DNA of 12,127 bases from a virus. Taxonomy: Duplodnaviria; Heunggongvirae; Uroviricota; Caudoviricetes. The DNA lies in IMG/VR virus record IMGVR_UViG_2645727673_000001. The stretch is one strand, 5' to 3'. The notes beneath the pieces were generated by a model. It searched no databases, was not told the origin of the DNA, and worked only from the letters and a program-made list of their open reading frames with translations. Below, piece by piece: positions 1-7,758 of the stretch (position 1 is its first letter; each line of letters begins with the position of its first letter). A program made the position numbers and the translations under genes.

Positions 1-177
1 GGTATTCCCCTCACTGTCCAGCACCGGTGTACTGTTCAGCAGCACGCTTTTTAATCCATCCACCGGACCTTCAATCGGCCCTTCGCTGATGGCATCGATC
101 ACACTCAGCAACTGCGTGGATTTCAGGTTATCCTTCGCTTCGCGCGGGGTATGCCCCTTACTGCTGCCTTTACCCAT
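1..177 (-). CDS. J: Central tail fiber / tail tip protein J, N-terminal 59 codons only (gene continues beyond the left edge of the window)
   Basis: Reverse-complement translation from the ATG at 175-177 gives MGKGSSKGHTPREAKDNLKSTQLLSVIDAISEGPIEGPVDGLKSVLLNSTPVLDSEGNT, which I recognise as the lambda gpJ N-terminus. GGAG lies 8 nt upstream of the ATG. It follows gene I as in lambda. It is absent from the ORF track because it is truncated by the window edge. Confidence 0.9.
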   Translation of the reverse strand, partial: MGKGSSKGHTPREAKDNLKSTQLLSVIDAISEGPIEGPVDGLKSVLLNSTPVLDSEGNT

Positions 178-190
178 TCGTCATGCTCCA

Positions 191-218
191 TAAACGACAA
201 AACCGCCCGGAGGCGGTT
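191..218 (-). terminator. Terminator-like hairpin in the I-J intergenic region
   Basis: Perfect 7-bp inverted repeat AACCGCC (201-207) / GGCGGTT (212-218) with a 4-nt loop. On the minus strand it is followed by the U-rich run TTTTGTCGTTT, immediately upstream of the J ribosome-binding site. Confidence 0.35.
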
Positions 219-237
219 TCACATAAAACATTTTGCA

Positions 238-885
238 TCAGCGACCAATCACCACAACCTGACCACCGTCCCCTTCGTCTGCCGTGCTGATCTCCTGAGA
301 AACCACCCGCGACCCCACACGCATTTCACCGTACAGAACAGGCAAAACATTGCCCTGAGCAACCATGTTATCCAGTGAGGAGAAATAGGTGTTCTGTTTG
401 CCGTTATCTGTACTGGCTGCCGTGGGCGTCCTGGCTTTCGGTGCCAGCATCTGGGCCACACCACCCAGGATCATACTGGCCCCTGCCGCATACATGCCCG
501 ATACAGCCGCAGCACCCAGCCAGCCCACAGGGTTCCACCATGCCACCGCAATCAGCGCCGCCCCCAGCACCACCTGAAACACACCGCCACTTTTAGCTCC
601 CGCCATACGCGGCACGATGTGAATCACGGCACCATTTTCCAGCGGCTCATTAAGACGGGCAGATAATTCATTTTCTCCCGCATCACGCCCGGCAATGCGC
701 ACCTGATACCAGCCCTCATTCAGTTTCTGGCGAAACGACGGAAGCTGTGTGGCCAGCGCCCGGATGGCTTCAGCCCCCGTTTTCACACGAAGGTCGATGC
801 GGCGGCCAAATCGTTGTAAATCCCCGTAAAGGCAGATGCGTGCCATGCCCGGTGACGCCAGAGGGAGTGTGTGCGTCGCTGCCAT
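238..885 (-). CDS. I: Tail assembly protein I
   Basis: 215-aa ORF with ATG start. N-terminus MAATHTLPLASPGMARICLYGDLQRFGRRIDLRVKTGAEAIRALATQL and C-terminus NGKQNTYFSSLDNMVAQGNVLPVLYGEMRVGSRVVSQEISTADEGDGGQVVVIGR match lambda gpI as I recall it. Gly/Ala-rich hydrophobic middle segment. Lies between K and J. Confidence 0.93.
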   Translation of the reverse strand: MAATHTLPLASPGMARICLYGDLQRFGRRIDLRVKTGAEAIRALATQLPSFRQKLNEGWYQVRIAGRDAGENELSARLNEPLENGAVIHIVPRMAGAKSGGVFQVVLGAALIAVAWWNPVGWLGAAAVSGMYAAGASMILGGVAQMLAPKARTPTAASTDNGKQNTYFSSLDNMVAQGNVLPVLYGEMRVGSRVVSQEISTADEGDGGQVVVIGR

Positions 886-1526
886 TTGTCGGTATACCTC
901 TCTCGTTTGCTCAGTTGTTCAGGAATATGGTGCAGCAGCTCGCCATCACCACAGTAAATGGCGGCATGATTCGGCACCGATGAACCAAAACAGCACAGCA
1001 GCACATCGCCCGGCTGCGCCTCTGTCAGTGCGACACGGTAAAAACCAGTCGCCTCCATATTGTCAAGATAGAGATTCTGGCCGTTACGCCACCAGTCATC
1101 TCCGCGATGAAAATCCGGCATCTCAATTCCCGCCAGATGGTATGCATCCCGGAACAGCGTGTAACAGTCCGTCACCCCGTGCTCAAAGCGCCGCCCGGTA
1201 AGATGTGGCACACAGCGGAACTTGTGAATCGCCCCGCGGCAGACCAGCCACCACGGCAAATCACTCTGCACCTGCAGCCGCCGATCGGCCTCACTCAGCC
1301 AGGGCAGACCACCGGGATGACTGTGGACCAGCGCCACAATCTCACCCTGCATTTCTGCCCGCAGCCAGTCCTCCGGAGCCATCCGGAAATACGCCTCCGG
1401 CTCACCGGAGATATTCACGCAGGGAAAATATCTTTCTCCCTCCGGCATTCTCACCACGAAGCCGCACGACTCCGCTGGCGCACATCGCCGGGCGTGCGCC
1501 AGAATCGCTGATTCTGTCTCTGTCAT
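783..1526 (-). CDS. K: Tail assembly protein K (MPN/JAMM domain plus NlpC/P60 domain)
   Basis: 247-aa ORF with ATG start 5 nt after the L stop codon. JAMM motif HSHPGGLPWLSEAD (HxHx7Sx2D) is present, and a downstream Cys in GVTDCYTLF fits an NlpC/P60 catalytic cysteine. Highly similar to lambda gpK. Its 3' end overlaps the start of I by about 100 nt. Confidence 0.93.
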   Translation of the reverse strand: MTETESAILAHARRCAPAESCGFVVRMPEGERYFPCVNISGEPEAYFRMAPEDWLRAEMQGEIVALVHSHPGGLPWLSEADRRLQVQSDLPWWLVCRGAIHKFRCVPHLTGRRFEHGVTDCYTLFRDAYHLAGIEMPDFHRGDDWWRNGQNLYLDNMEATGFYRVALTEAQPGDVLLCCFGSSVPNHAAIYCGDGELLHHIPEQLSKRERYTDKWQRRTHSLWRHRAWHASAFTGIYNDLAAASTFV

Positions 1527-1531
1527 GGGAT

Positions 1532-2230
1532 TTACTGCGAAAGTTTGTTAATGGAAAGGTAACCGCCAAAGTTGCCGACGTTATTGCGAAACTTACAGCC
1601 GCTAAGGCATTTGCTGCATTTATCCTTCGTGATATCGGACGTCGGCTGGTCATATTCATCCGCGACTGCCGGACCGTGATAACCGCACTCATCACCGCGA
1701 TAGGTCCAGGTGCAGGTGTTGGCCAGCATGATACGCCCCGGAAAAACAGCACCGTCCGTTTCCGTCGGCGTGGACAGTACAAAAGAAGCACTGACCGCAC
1801 TCAGTTCACTGCACTGCTCGATGCGCCAGCTGCTGATCACCTCCTGCTCCTGGTCGGCATCACTGTTTCCGTTGACGAAGTTCACCGCATCCAGAAAACG
1901 GGCGTAAACCTTACGCCGGACCACCGTTCCGCCGACCAGACTCTGCAGATCTTCCGCCATACCGGTGACCATACCGTGCAGGTTAGAAACCGTCAGTGTC
2001 GGACGGGCAGCACTGCCCTTGCCGTTCAGTTCAAATCCTGTCCCCTGAATGGGGTATGCCTGATACTGCCGCCCCTGCCAGGTGACCGGCTCACCTTTTT
2101 CGTTCTGCTCATTACATAAAAAATAACGTTCACCACCGACCTCTGTCAGATCGATTTCCCAGAGCACCACCTGGGCTGACTGAGTGAGGCGTGTCGTCTC
2201 ATGATGTGTTTCCTGTGGAATATCCTGCAT
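1532..2230 (-). CDS. L: Minor tail protein L
   Basis: Translation MQDIPQETHHETTRLTQSAQVVLWEIDLTEVGGERYFLCNEQNEKGEPVTWQGRQYQ ... CSKCLSGCKFRNNVGNFGGYLSINKLSQ matches lambda gpL, including the C-terminal cysteine cluster. Start chosen at the second of two tandem ATGs (2230) because AGGAGG lies 5 nt upstream; the first ATG (2233) is only 2 nt from it. Confidence 0.95.
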   Translation of the reverse strand: MQDIPQETHHETTRLTQSAQVVLWEIDLTEVGGERYFLCNEQNEKGEPVTWQGRQYQAYPIQGTGFELNGKGSAARPTLTVSNLHGMVTGMAEDLQSLVGGTVVRRKVYARFLDAVNFVNGNSDADQEQEVISSWRIEQCSELSAVSASFVLSTPTETDGAVFPGRIMLANTCTWTYRGDECGYHGPAVADEYDQPTSDITKDKCSKCLSGCKFRNNVGNFGGYLSINKLSQ

Positions 2231-2239
2231 CATGGCCTC

Positions 2240-2569
2240 CTATGCCACGACCTGTTCAAAATCTGCCGTTATGGTTACCCACAGCGCCCCCACGCTTGCC
2301 GACCATTTACGACAAACCACCCTAATCGGCTTCCAGTCATAAGGTGGCGTCCACTGAAATGCGCGGACGCCACCGTGCCGTTCCAGAAAGGCTTTTAAAG
2401 ATGGGTGTTCACATTTACGAACACGTATCGTCACGCTGTAAGTCGACAACTGGTTATTCAGTCCCGCCGCACGACGCTGTTCATAACCATCGCCCAGCTT
2501 CACTGTCACCACTTTCGGTTCTGATACCACATTCATATCCGGGCGCACTTTCCAGTGAAACGTCTCCAT
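2240..2569 (-). CDS. M: Minor tail protein M
   Basis: 109-aa ORF METFHWKVRPDMNVVSEPKVVTVKLGDGYEQRRAAGLNNQLSTYSVTIRV ... ADFEQVVA, same length and clear similarity to lambda gpM. Its ATG overlaps the H stop codon (TAATG). Confidence 0.95.
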   Translation of the reverse strand: METFHWKVRPDMNVVSEPKVVTVKLGDGYEQRRAAGLNNQLSTYSVTIRVRKCEHPSLKAFLERHGGVRAFQWTPPYDWKPIRVVCRKWSASVGALWVTITADFEQVVA

Positions 2570-5500
2570 TACCGATATGCTCCACTTAACCGACCACCAT
2601 CACGGGCCTGCTGTTGCATAAAGTCCGCTGCCGCTTTTTTCCCGAGGTCATAAACCACCTTCAGGGCAGCCGGACCTATCTGCCCGTTCGTGCCATCGTT
2701 ATTGATCTCGATGTTGTACTGCGGGGCAAACATCGCCATACCTGAACCACCAATATCCGCCACAACCCCCAGCTTACCGTCAGCACCACGACGCAGTGGC
2801 AGAATGGCTTCAGGTCCAGCTTCCCCCATCACACCTGCACCTTTTGCAAAAGCAAAAAACGTCGGACGGTTAACCACCGTGCCACTGTAGCGACTCAAAT
2901 CAGCAGACTGATAAACACCACCATCAGCATTGGGCGTCACACTGGCAGTTGCTGCACTCCCCCAGCCAAACGCCGAACCAATCCCCTTAACTGCCTGCAT
3001 CATGGACATCTGGGCCATGATTTTTGCCAGATCAGAAAGGAGCGAGGCGGTAAAAGATTTGAAGTTCAGTTTTCCGGTAGTACAGAACGTTGCCAGTGCA
3101 TTACCTGCACTGTTAAATGCCGCTGTAAGCATCTGCTCAGCAGTGCCTGCCGCATTATCCGCATCTGCCGTGAAATTCTGAAACGCCCGCATAGCACCGT
3201 TTTTCCAGTTACCCTGAGCAATTTCAAGCTGTTGCCAGTAACGGCGATTCTCATTCAGTTGTCGGTTCAGGCTCTCCGTCAGCGCCTGCTCGGCCTTTCT
3301 GTAGTCATCCGTGTTATATGTCCCTTTCTGCTCACTATCCCGCCTCAACTGCTCCAGCTGTTGCTGGTATTTCTGGCGAAGACTCAGTTGTACCTGATAT
3401 CGCTGCCGCTGCTGATCACCCATACCCACCGTGGCGATATCCAGGTCATGTTGCTGACGCTGAGCGCGCTCTTCTTCAGCCAGTTGACTGGTCAGCTGAA
3501 TTGTTTTTTTCTTCAGCTCGTTGAGTGCCGTCTGTTTCTGAAGCTCCTGCTGTTTTACATCCAGCAGCGTCAGTGCCTGAATCAGTTCATCTTTACGGGC
3601 CAGCACACTCTTTTCATCTGCCGTCAGTTTTTTCCCGTCCAGGTCGCTGATGCGCTGCTGCAGAGCCAGAAGCTGTTTATGCGCTTCTGTCATCTTTTCA
3701 GTGGCAATGCCTGCTGACTGTCTTGCAGCAGCAATCTGCCCTTCCACCTGTGCCTGTTGCTGACTGTACTGCAGCAATAACCGGGTGGCCTCATCATTAC
3801 GGGTTTCGCGTGTTTTTTTCTTACCGGATGCCAGGGCTTTCTCGTAACGTTCATTTTCACGTTGTATCGCCGCATCCCTGACAGCCTGGTCGGCGTACTG
3901 CATGGCATTAATACGCGCAATTTCACGCTGATGTCGTGCTGCTTCCGTTTCATTCATCCGGTTCAGTGCAGCATTTTCAGCATTACGTCGTTTCTGTTGC
4001 TCCTGATAATTCCGCTCTGCCTGCTCTTTTGCATCCTGCAAATCCTTCTGGCGTTTTTTCTCCTGAAGATCGTTAAGACGCTGCTGATCGTATTCAACCT
4101 GAGAAGATGATGCCGTCCAGGGGAGTCTTTTCGCCCGCGACACTTTCTCCTGTAAAGCGGCAATCTGTTCATCCAGCGAGTCTTCACGACCAATATTCAT
4201 GGCCGCATCCCAGAAACGACTCCACAAATCAGACAGATACTTCAGCGTACTGCCAAGCGCATTGAGGTTATTATCAATATCCGCAGTACGCCGACCGGTT
4301 TCCTCTGCCAGTGCAGACATGGCTATCCGTGCAGCATCACTGGACCGTCCCTGATCCCCAAGGACACGTATCTGCTCAAGCTGAGTGGCAGTAAGAAAAT
4401 GCAGCTCATTGTCCAGAGCCTTCGCGGCATTTACAGGATCATCCTTCAGCCGCTTAAACTGATTTATGGTATCGCTGACCGACTGGCCAACCGATCGCTC
4501 CATCTGTGCGGCAGCTCTCGCCACCATACCGATATCGTTTCCACGAAATGCACCACTCCCCACCACCTGCGCCAGCGCACCGGCTGCAGCATGTTGCGTG
4601 ATACCATTCCCGGAAATAGCACGACTAAGCGTCCACAGCTGCCCGGCAGTGACTCCGGCATAATGCCCCGTCAGCGACAACTGGCGGTTAAATTCTTCCC
4701 CCTCCTTCTGACCGTCATACCAGGCTTTACCCAGACCATAGACGGCCGCGGCAATACCGCCAATAACCCCGCCCAGCATCATGCCTTTCGGTGACATCAG
4801 TGTGTCTATCCATCCGGCACGGTTAGCCAGCGTTATCCCGGATCCCCTCAGCGCACCTAAATTGCCGCGAGCCAGTTCACCTATCAGAACGCCTATCTCC
4901 TGGCGGGCCGCTGCACTTTTCAGACCCAGCGAATGCGTGGCTTTTCCTGCCTGCTCCATTTTGCGGATATACACTTCTGCAGCACTGCTTACCCCCAGTT
5001 GGGCAGCCTTAGCACGAAGCAACTCAGAAGAAGAAAGATTCTGGCGGGTTGCCTGCTCTTTAAGCTGACGGATAAACGCCACTTTCTGTCGGGTAGCCTC
5101 TTCCTCAGCCTGTGTAAGAACACGGGTTTTCGCCGTAACCTCAGAAATCAGCGCCAGATAATCCTGCTGACCAATCCCGCCACTGTGTCTGGCCTGTCGG
5201 ATCTGCTGCTGAATACGCTGTAATTCCTGCAGCCCCGCACTGGCCTGTTTCACACTGTCAATCTGACGATAAAACGCAGCAGCCGCTTTATCCTGAGCCT
5301 CCGCCAGAGCCATGGCCTGCGCCTGTTCATCGCGCATTTTCTGGCTCAGCGCCTCCATGCGCTGGCGGGTTTTCTCCACCTCGCGAGCCATGCGTTCATG
5401 AGCCTGTGCGTTCTTCTCCACCGTCTGCGCATGGACGGAGGCGGCTGTTGCAGCCGAAGAAGCCGCCTGCGTTGTCTGCCGGGCGGCCTGAGTCTGACGC

Positions 5501-5643
5501 TCCATAAAACGCTGCATACGGGCAGAAGACCGTTCTGCATCGCTGGCGGCACCATTCAGAAGGTTTTTGATACGGGGAATTTCATTTTTAAACTCTGCCG
5601 CATCAATCCCCAAATCAATGACCAGGTTGGCTATCTGGTCCAT
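2569..5643 (-). CDS. H: Tail tape measure protein H
   Basis: Long ORF with a Q/A/E/R/K-rich central coiled-coil-like region. N-terminus MDQIANLVIDLGIDAAEF and C-terminus NNDGTNGQIGPAALKVVYDLGKKAAADFMQQQARDGGRLSGAYR align with the lambda gpH termini. Start set at the ATG at 5641-5643 (GGAGGT 7 nt upstream); the track start at 5673 is a TTG extension. About 1024 aa. Confidence 0.95.
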   Translation of the reverse strand: MDQIANLVIDLGIDAAEFKNEIPRIKNLLNGAASDAERSSARMQRFMERQTQAARQTTQAASSAATAASVHAQTVEKNAQAHERMAREVEKTRQRMEALSQKMRDEQAQAMALAEAQDKAAAAFYRQIDSVKQASAGLQELQRIQQQIRQARHSGGIGQQDYLALISEVTAKTRVLTQAEEEATRQKVAFIRQLKEQATRQNLSSSELLRAKAAQLGVSSAAEVYIRKMEQAGKATHSLGLKSAAARQEIGVLIGELARGNLGALRGSGITLANRAGWIDTLMSPKGMMLGGVIGGIAAAVYGLGKAWYDGQKEGEEFNRQLSLTGHYAGVTAGQLWTLSRAISGNGITQHAAAGALAQVVGSGAFRGNDIGMVARAAAQMERSVGQSVSDTINQFKRLKDDPVNAAKALDNELHFLTATQLEQIRVLGDQGRSSDAARIAMSALAEETGRRTADIDNNLNALGSTLKYLSDLWSRFWDAAMNIGREDSLDEQIAALQEKVSRAKRLPWTASSSQVEYDQQRLNDLQEKKRQKDLQDAKEQAERNYQEQQKRRNAENAALNRMNETEAARHQREIARINAMQYADQAVRDAAIQRENERYEKALASGKKKTRETRNDEATRLLLQYSQQQAQVEGQIAAARQSAGIATEKMTEAHKQLLALQQRISDLDGKKLTADEKSVLARKDELIQALTLLDVKQQELQKQTALNELKKKTIQLTSQLAEEERAQRQQHDLDIATVGMGDQQRQRYQVQLSLRQKYQQQLEQLRRDSEQKGTYNTDDYRKAEQALTESLNRQLNENRRYWQQLEIAQGNWKNGAMRAFQNFTADADNAAGTAEQMLTAAFNSAGNALATFCTTGKLNFKSFTASLLSDLAKIMAQMSMMQAVKGIGSAFGWGSAATASVTPNADGGVYQSADLSRYSGTVVNRPTFFAFAKGAGVMGEAGPEAILPLRRGADGKLGVVADIGGSGMAMFAPQYNIEINNDGTNGQIGPAALKVVYDLGKKAAADFMQQQARDGGRLSGAYR

Positions 5644-5965
5644 AACGCACACCTCCGGAAATACCTTCTCCAAGATGCATCAGTTCTTCGTCCGTTCGCT
5701 CCGGTATCCCGTTCTCTTCCGGTAAAAGGCTGAAATCAGCCACCGCAGCATCACTGCTGCCGGACACCATTCTCACGATCAATGCCTTCAGCGAGGCAAA
5801 CTGCGCATCCATCCACACATCACTGAAGCTCTGCATCCGGAAATAATCGCCCCACTCACCAAGCTCAGTGGCCGACATTTCCGACAGCATCCGCCGCCAG
5901 TCTGCCCGCCGGAACTCCCGGGCAAGCCGCATGACAAACTGCATTTCCCGCGTCAGGACTTTTCC
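5615..5965 (-). CDS. T: T segment of the tail assembly chaperone G-T, expressed as a -1 frameshift extension of G
   Basis: The ORF at 5615-5944 lies in the -1 frame relative to G and overlaps the G 3' end. That frame is open upstream through the heptamer GGAAAAG (minus strand, about 5959-5965), one base different from the lambda slip site GGGAAAG as I recall it. Position between G and H matches lambda. The 5' boundary is approximate (slip site). Confidence 0.75.
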   Translation of the reverse strand, partial: GKVLTREMQFVMRLAREFRRADWRRMLSEMSATELGEWGDYFRMQSFSDVWMDAQFASLKALIVRMVSGSSDAAVADFSLLPEENGIPERTDEELMHLGEGISGGVRYGPDSQPGH

Positions 5966-6342
5966 GGCGTCAGCGCCTCATGCTCATCATCCCCGGCATT
6001 ATCAATGGCCCCCATACCGCTCAGCGACAGAACCATCTCCGCCCCCGCACCCAGGGCATCATACGACCATGTTGTAATAACGGATGCGCAAAGCGTCTCT
6101 ACATCCTTAGACTGATCCGCATTCCACAGTGAGCGGGAAACCAGCCAGGCATTGATATCCATCCCCATCCGCAGAAAAGCAATCTGTCGTTCAGCCTCCG
6201 GCAGTTCTCCCTCCCCGGCATCAAACTTTGCCGTTCGCTGCTGAACAAACGCCAGATATTCAATTCTCTGCAGCCCGGACAGCTCACTGAGCACCACGGA
6301 CTGTTTTTCATAATTAAACGTGCCCTGTTTCAGAAACATCAT
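5953..6342 (-). CDS. G: Tail assembly chaperone G
   Basis: ORF ending EHEALTPEKS-stop, located between V and T/H as in lambda. Start set at the tandem ATG ATG (6337-6342) with GGTGGAG just upstream; the track start at 6381 is a TTG that runs through the upstream hairpin. Confidence 0.85.
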   Translation of the reverse strand: MMFLKQGTFNYEKQSVVLSELSGLQRIEYLAFVQQRTAKFDAGEGELPEAERQIAFLRMGMDINAWLVSRSLWNADQSKDVETLCASVITTWSYDALGAGAEMVLSLSGMGAIDNAGDDEHEALTPEKS

Positions 6343-6355
6343 GTTCTCCACCTGC

Positions 6356-6379
6356 AAAAAAGCCCCGAATAACCGGGGC
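6356..6379 (-). terminator. Rho-independent terminator-like hairpin between V and G
   Basis: Minus strand reads GCCCCG-GTTATT-CGGGGC (perfect 6-bp GC stem, 6-nt loop) followed directly by TTTTTT, then the G ribosome-binding site and start 13 nt later. Confidence 0.5.
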
Positions 6380-6391
6380 AAATGATGAGTA

Positions 6392-6760
6392 TCATCCTGT
6401 TAACCTGCGGCGCTGACAGCCACCGTATTTGATACGAAACGCGCAGACTTCACCGGAGTCGAACAACTGAACCAGTTTTTTCTGCCCGCTGTCACCCGGA
6501 CGCCAGGCCAGCGTCGCCGAAGTATCACCGACGGATTTCTGCCCCTGGGTTGTCGTTTTCCAGTCTGCATCTTCATCATCGAGATAAGTGTCATCTTCTG
6601 CATCAGCGGTCATTTCGCCAGGTTGCAGATCCTTCACCATCGCAAGACGCAGCCAGTCAGTGTCCGATAAAGGGTTCGCAAACGCATCGCCCTTGCCGGT
6701 GTACATCCAGAACGTCGTTCCCGCACCTTTCGTTTTTGCCAGTGGATTTGGTGTGGTCAT
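6392..6760 (-). CDS. V: Major tail tube protein V homologue, short form (122 aa): N-terminal domain only, possibly truncated
   Basis: [86 protein letters not shown] aligns with the first ~110 residues of lambda gpV. After FRIKY the sequence diverges ([10 protein letters not shown]) and stops. AAGGAGGT ribosome-binding site 4-5 nt upstream of the ATG at 6758-6760. Confidence 0.8.
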   Translation of the reverse strand: MTTPNPLAKTKGAGTTFWMYTGKGDAFANPLSDTDWLRLAMVKDLQPGEMTADAEDDTYLDDEDADWKTTTQGQKSVGDTSATLAWRPGDSGQKKLVQLFDSGEVCAFRIKYGGCQRRRLTG

Positions 6761-6770
6761 TGCCACCTCC

Positions 6771-7172
6771 TTAATTCGTGTACGTGATCTGGTACGTGAT
6801 TTCCGCCATCGCCCAGGTGGCCATCTCATTATCACGTTGATAGTTAAAACCGAGTGGGATCAGGGTGTCGATGAGTCCGGAAAGTGCCGGTACATCATTC
6901 AGGGCCGGGAAAATGGTGCTCTCCATCCACATATCCAGCTCTGAATCCGGTGCCTGTGCCCGGATGAAGACAGCAATATGCAGAACAGCCTGCCAGTCAT
7001 CTTCATCCGTCATTTTTCCGGTGTACTGAGCATCACTCAGCCACACCGCCACGGCAGGCAGTTCCTGCGCATCAACAAATGCCGGAAGCCCGTCAAAAAA
7101 CGTGGCGCTGTCTCCACACTGTTCCCGAAGGCGTGCCAGTACGGCCTGGCGGATTTGTGTATGTCGGTTCAT
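6771..7172 (-). CDS. U: Tail terminator protein U
   Basis: [52 protein letters not shown] ... matches lambda gpU (ATFFDG, PAVAV, PDSELD-WMES motifs). Start chosen at the ATG at 7170-7172, which overlaps the Z stop as ATGA; an in-frame ATG 4 codons upstream (7184) is the alternative. The stop codon lies inside the V ribosome-binding site. Confidence 0.9.
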   Translation of the reverse strand: MNRHTQIRQAVLARLREQCGDSATFFDGLPAFVDAQELPAVAVWLSDAQYTGKMTDEDDWQAVLHIAVFIRAQAPDSELDMWMESTIFPALNDVPALSGLIDTLIPLGFNYQRDNEMATWAMAEITYQITYTN

Positions 7173-7747
7173 CGGGTCAGCCATAACCTCAGTTGTTGTT
7201 TCAGTGCATACCCCAGCTGTTTCGGCATTTCCGCAGCAATGATGCGGTCGCGGGCATCTTCAAATGCCTGTGTCAGCGGTCCGGACAGCGGGATTTTCAC
7301 CACATCAATGGGGTAACGATTTTTGCCATCAATACGCCGCATCACATGCCAGCGACCATTCGCCAGTTGCTGAATAAACGCATCCCGGAAAAGATATTTA
7401 CCCACCTTCAGCACACTGCCACGGTACTGCAGTTTTCCACCACGCCGGGCCAGTCTGACCCGGGCTGTCCCCAGCTTAATGGCGGGCAGATTGCCCCGGT
7501 TAACGCGGATCCTGGCCGTCATTTTTCCTGACGGACTGGCTTTAAACACCCGGACACGCTGACGTACCAGTTTCAGGGGGATCCCTTTCACCTGGTTATC
7601 TCCCGCAACGGTATTCCCGGCAACCTGCCGGGTGGCAACCGAGACCGCTTTCTGTGCCACACGGTTTATCGCCCATGCGCTGGCCTGTGGCACCATACGG
7701 GTATCAAGGCTGTTCAGATTGCGGATGGCATTCTCAAGCCCCTTCAT
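7169..7747 (-). CDS. Z: Tail completion protein Z
   Basis: 192-aa ORF MKGLENAIRNLNSL ... [63 protein letters not shown], same length and strong similarity to lambda gpZ. AGAGGTG 5 nt upstream of the ATG. Confidence 0.93.
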   Translation of the reverse strand: MKGLENAIRNLNSLDTRMVPQASAWAINRVAQKAVSVATRQVAGNTVAGDNQVKGIPLKLVRQRVRVFKASPSGKMTARIRVNRGNLPAIKLGTARVRLARRGGKLQYRGSVLKVGKYLFRDAFIQQLANGRWHVMRRIDGKNRYPIDVVKIPLSGPLTQAFEDARDRIIAAEMPKQLGYALKQQLRLWLTR

Positions 7748-7758
7748 CCCACACCTCT

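Noticed and set aside
1205-2119. 304-aa plus-strand ORF, and the other plus-strand ORFs in the track (for example 3232-3717 and 9508-9861)
   Set aside because: They lie antisense to well-supported minus-strand genes (K/L, H, capsid). Their products are low-complexity Leu/Pro/Arg-rich translations typical of shadow ORFs, and I see no convincing ribosome-binding sites.
5644-5673. Longer ORF starts reported in the track for H (5673), G (6381) and the protease-capsid gene (10659)
   Set aside because: All three begin with TTG when read from the sequence, lack Shine-Dalgarno sequences, and overlap upstream genes or terminators; internal ATG or GTG starts with good ribosome-binding sites fit better.
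5944-5949. GGGAAA motif resembling the lambda G-T slippery site
   Set aside because: It lies downstream of the G stop codon in the G frame, so it cannot mediate a G-to-T frameshift; the usable heptamer is GGAAAAG at about 5959-5965.
6400-6603. 67-aa minus-strand ORF in an alternate frame over the V 3' region, considered as a frameshifted continuation of V
   Set aside because: Its translation has no resemblance to the lambda gpV C-terminal region, and it lies entirely inside the V coding sequence.
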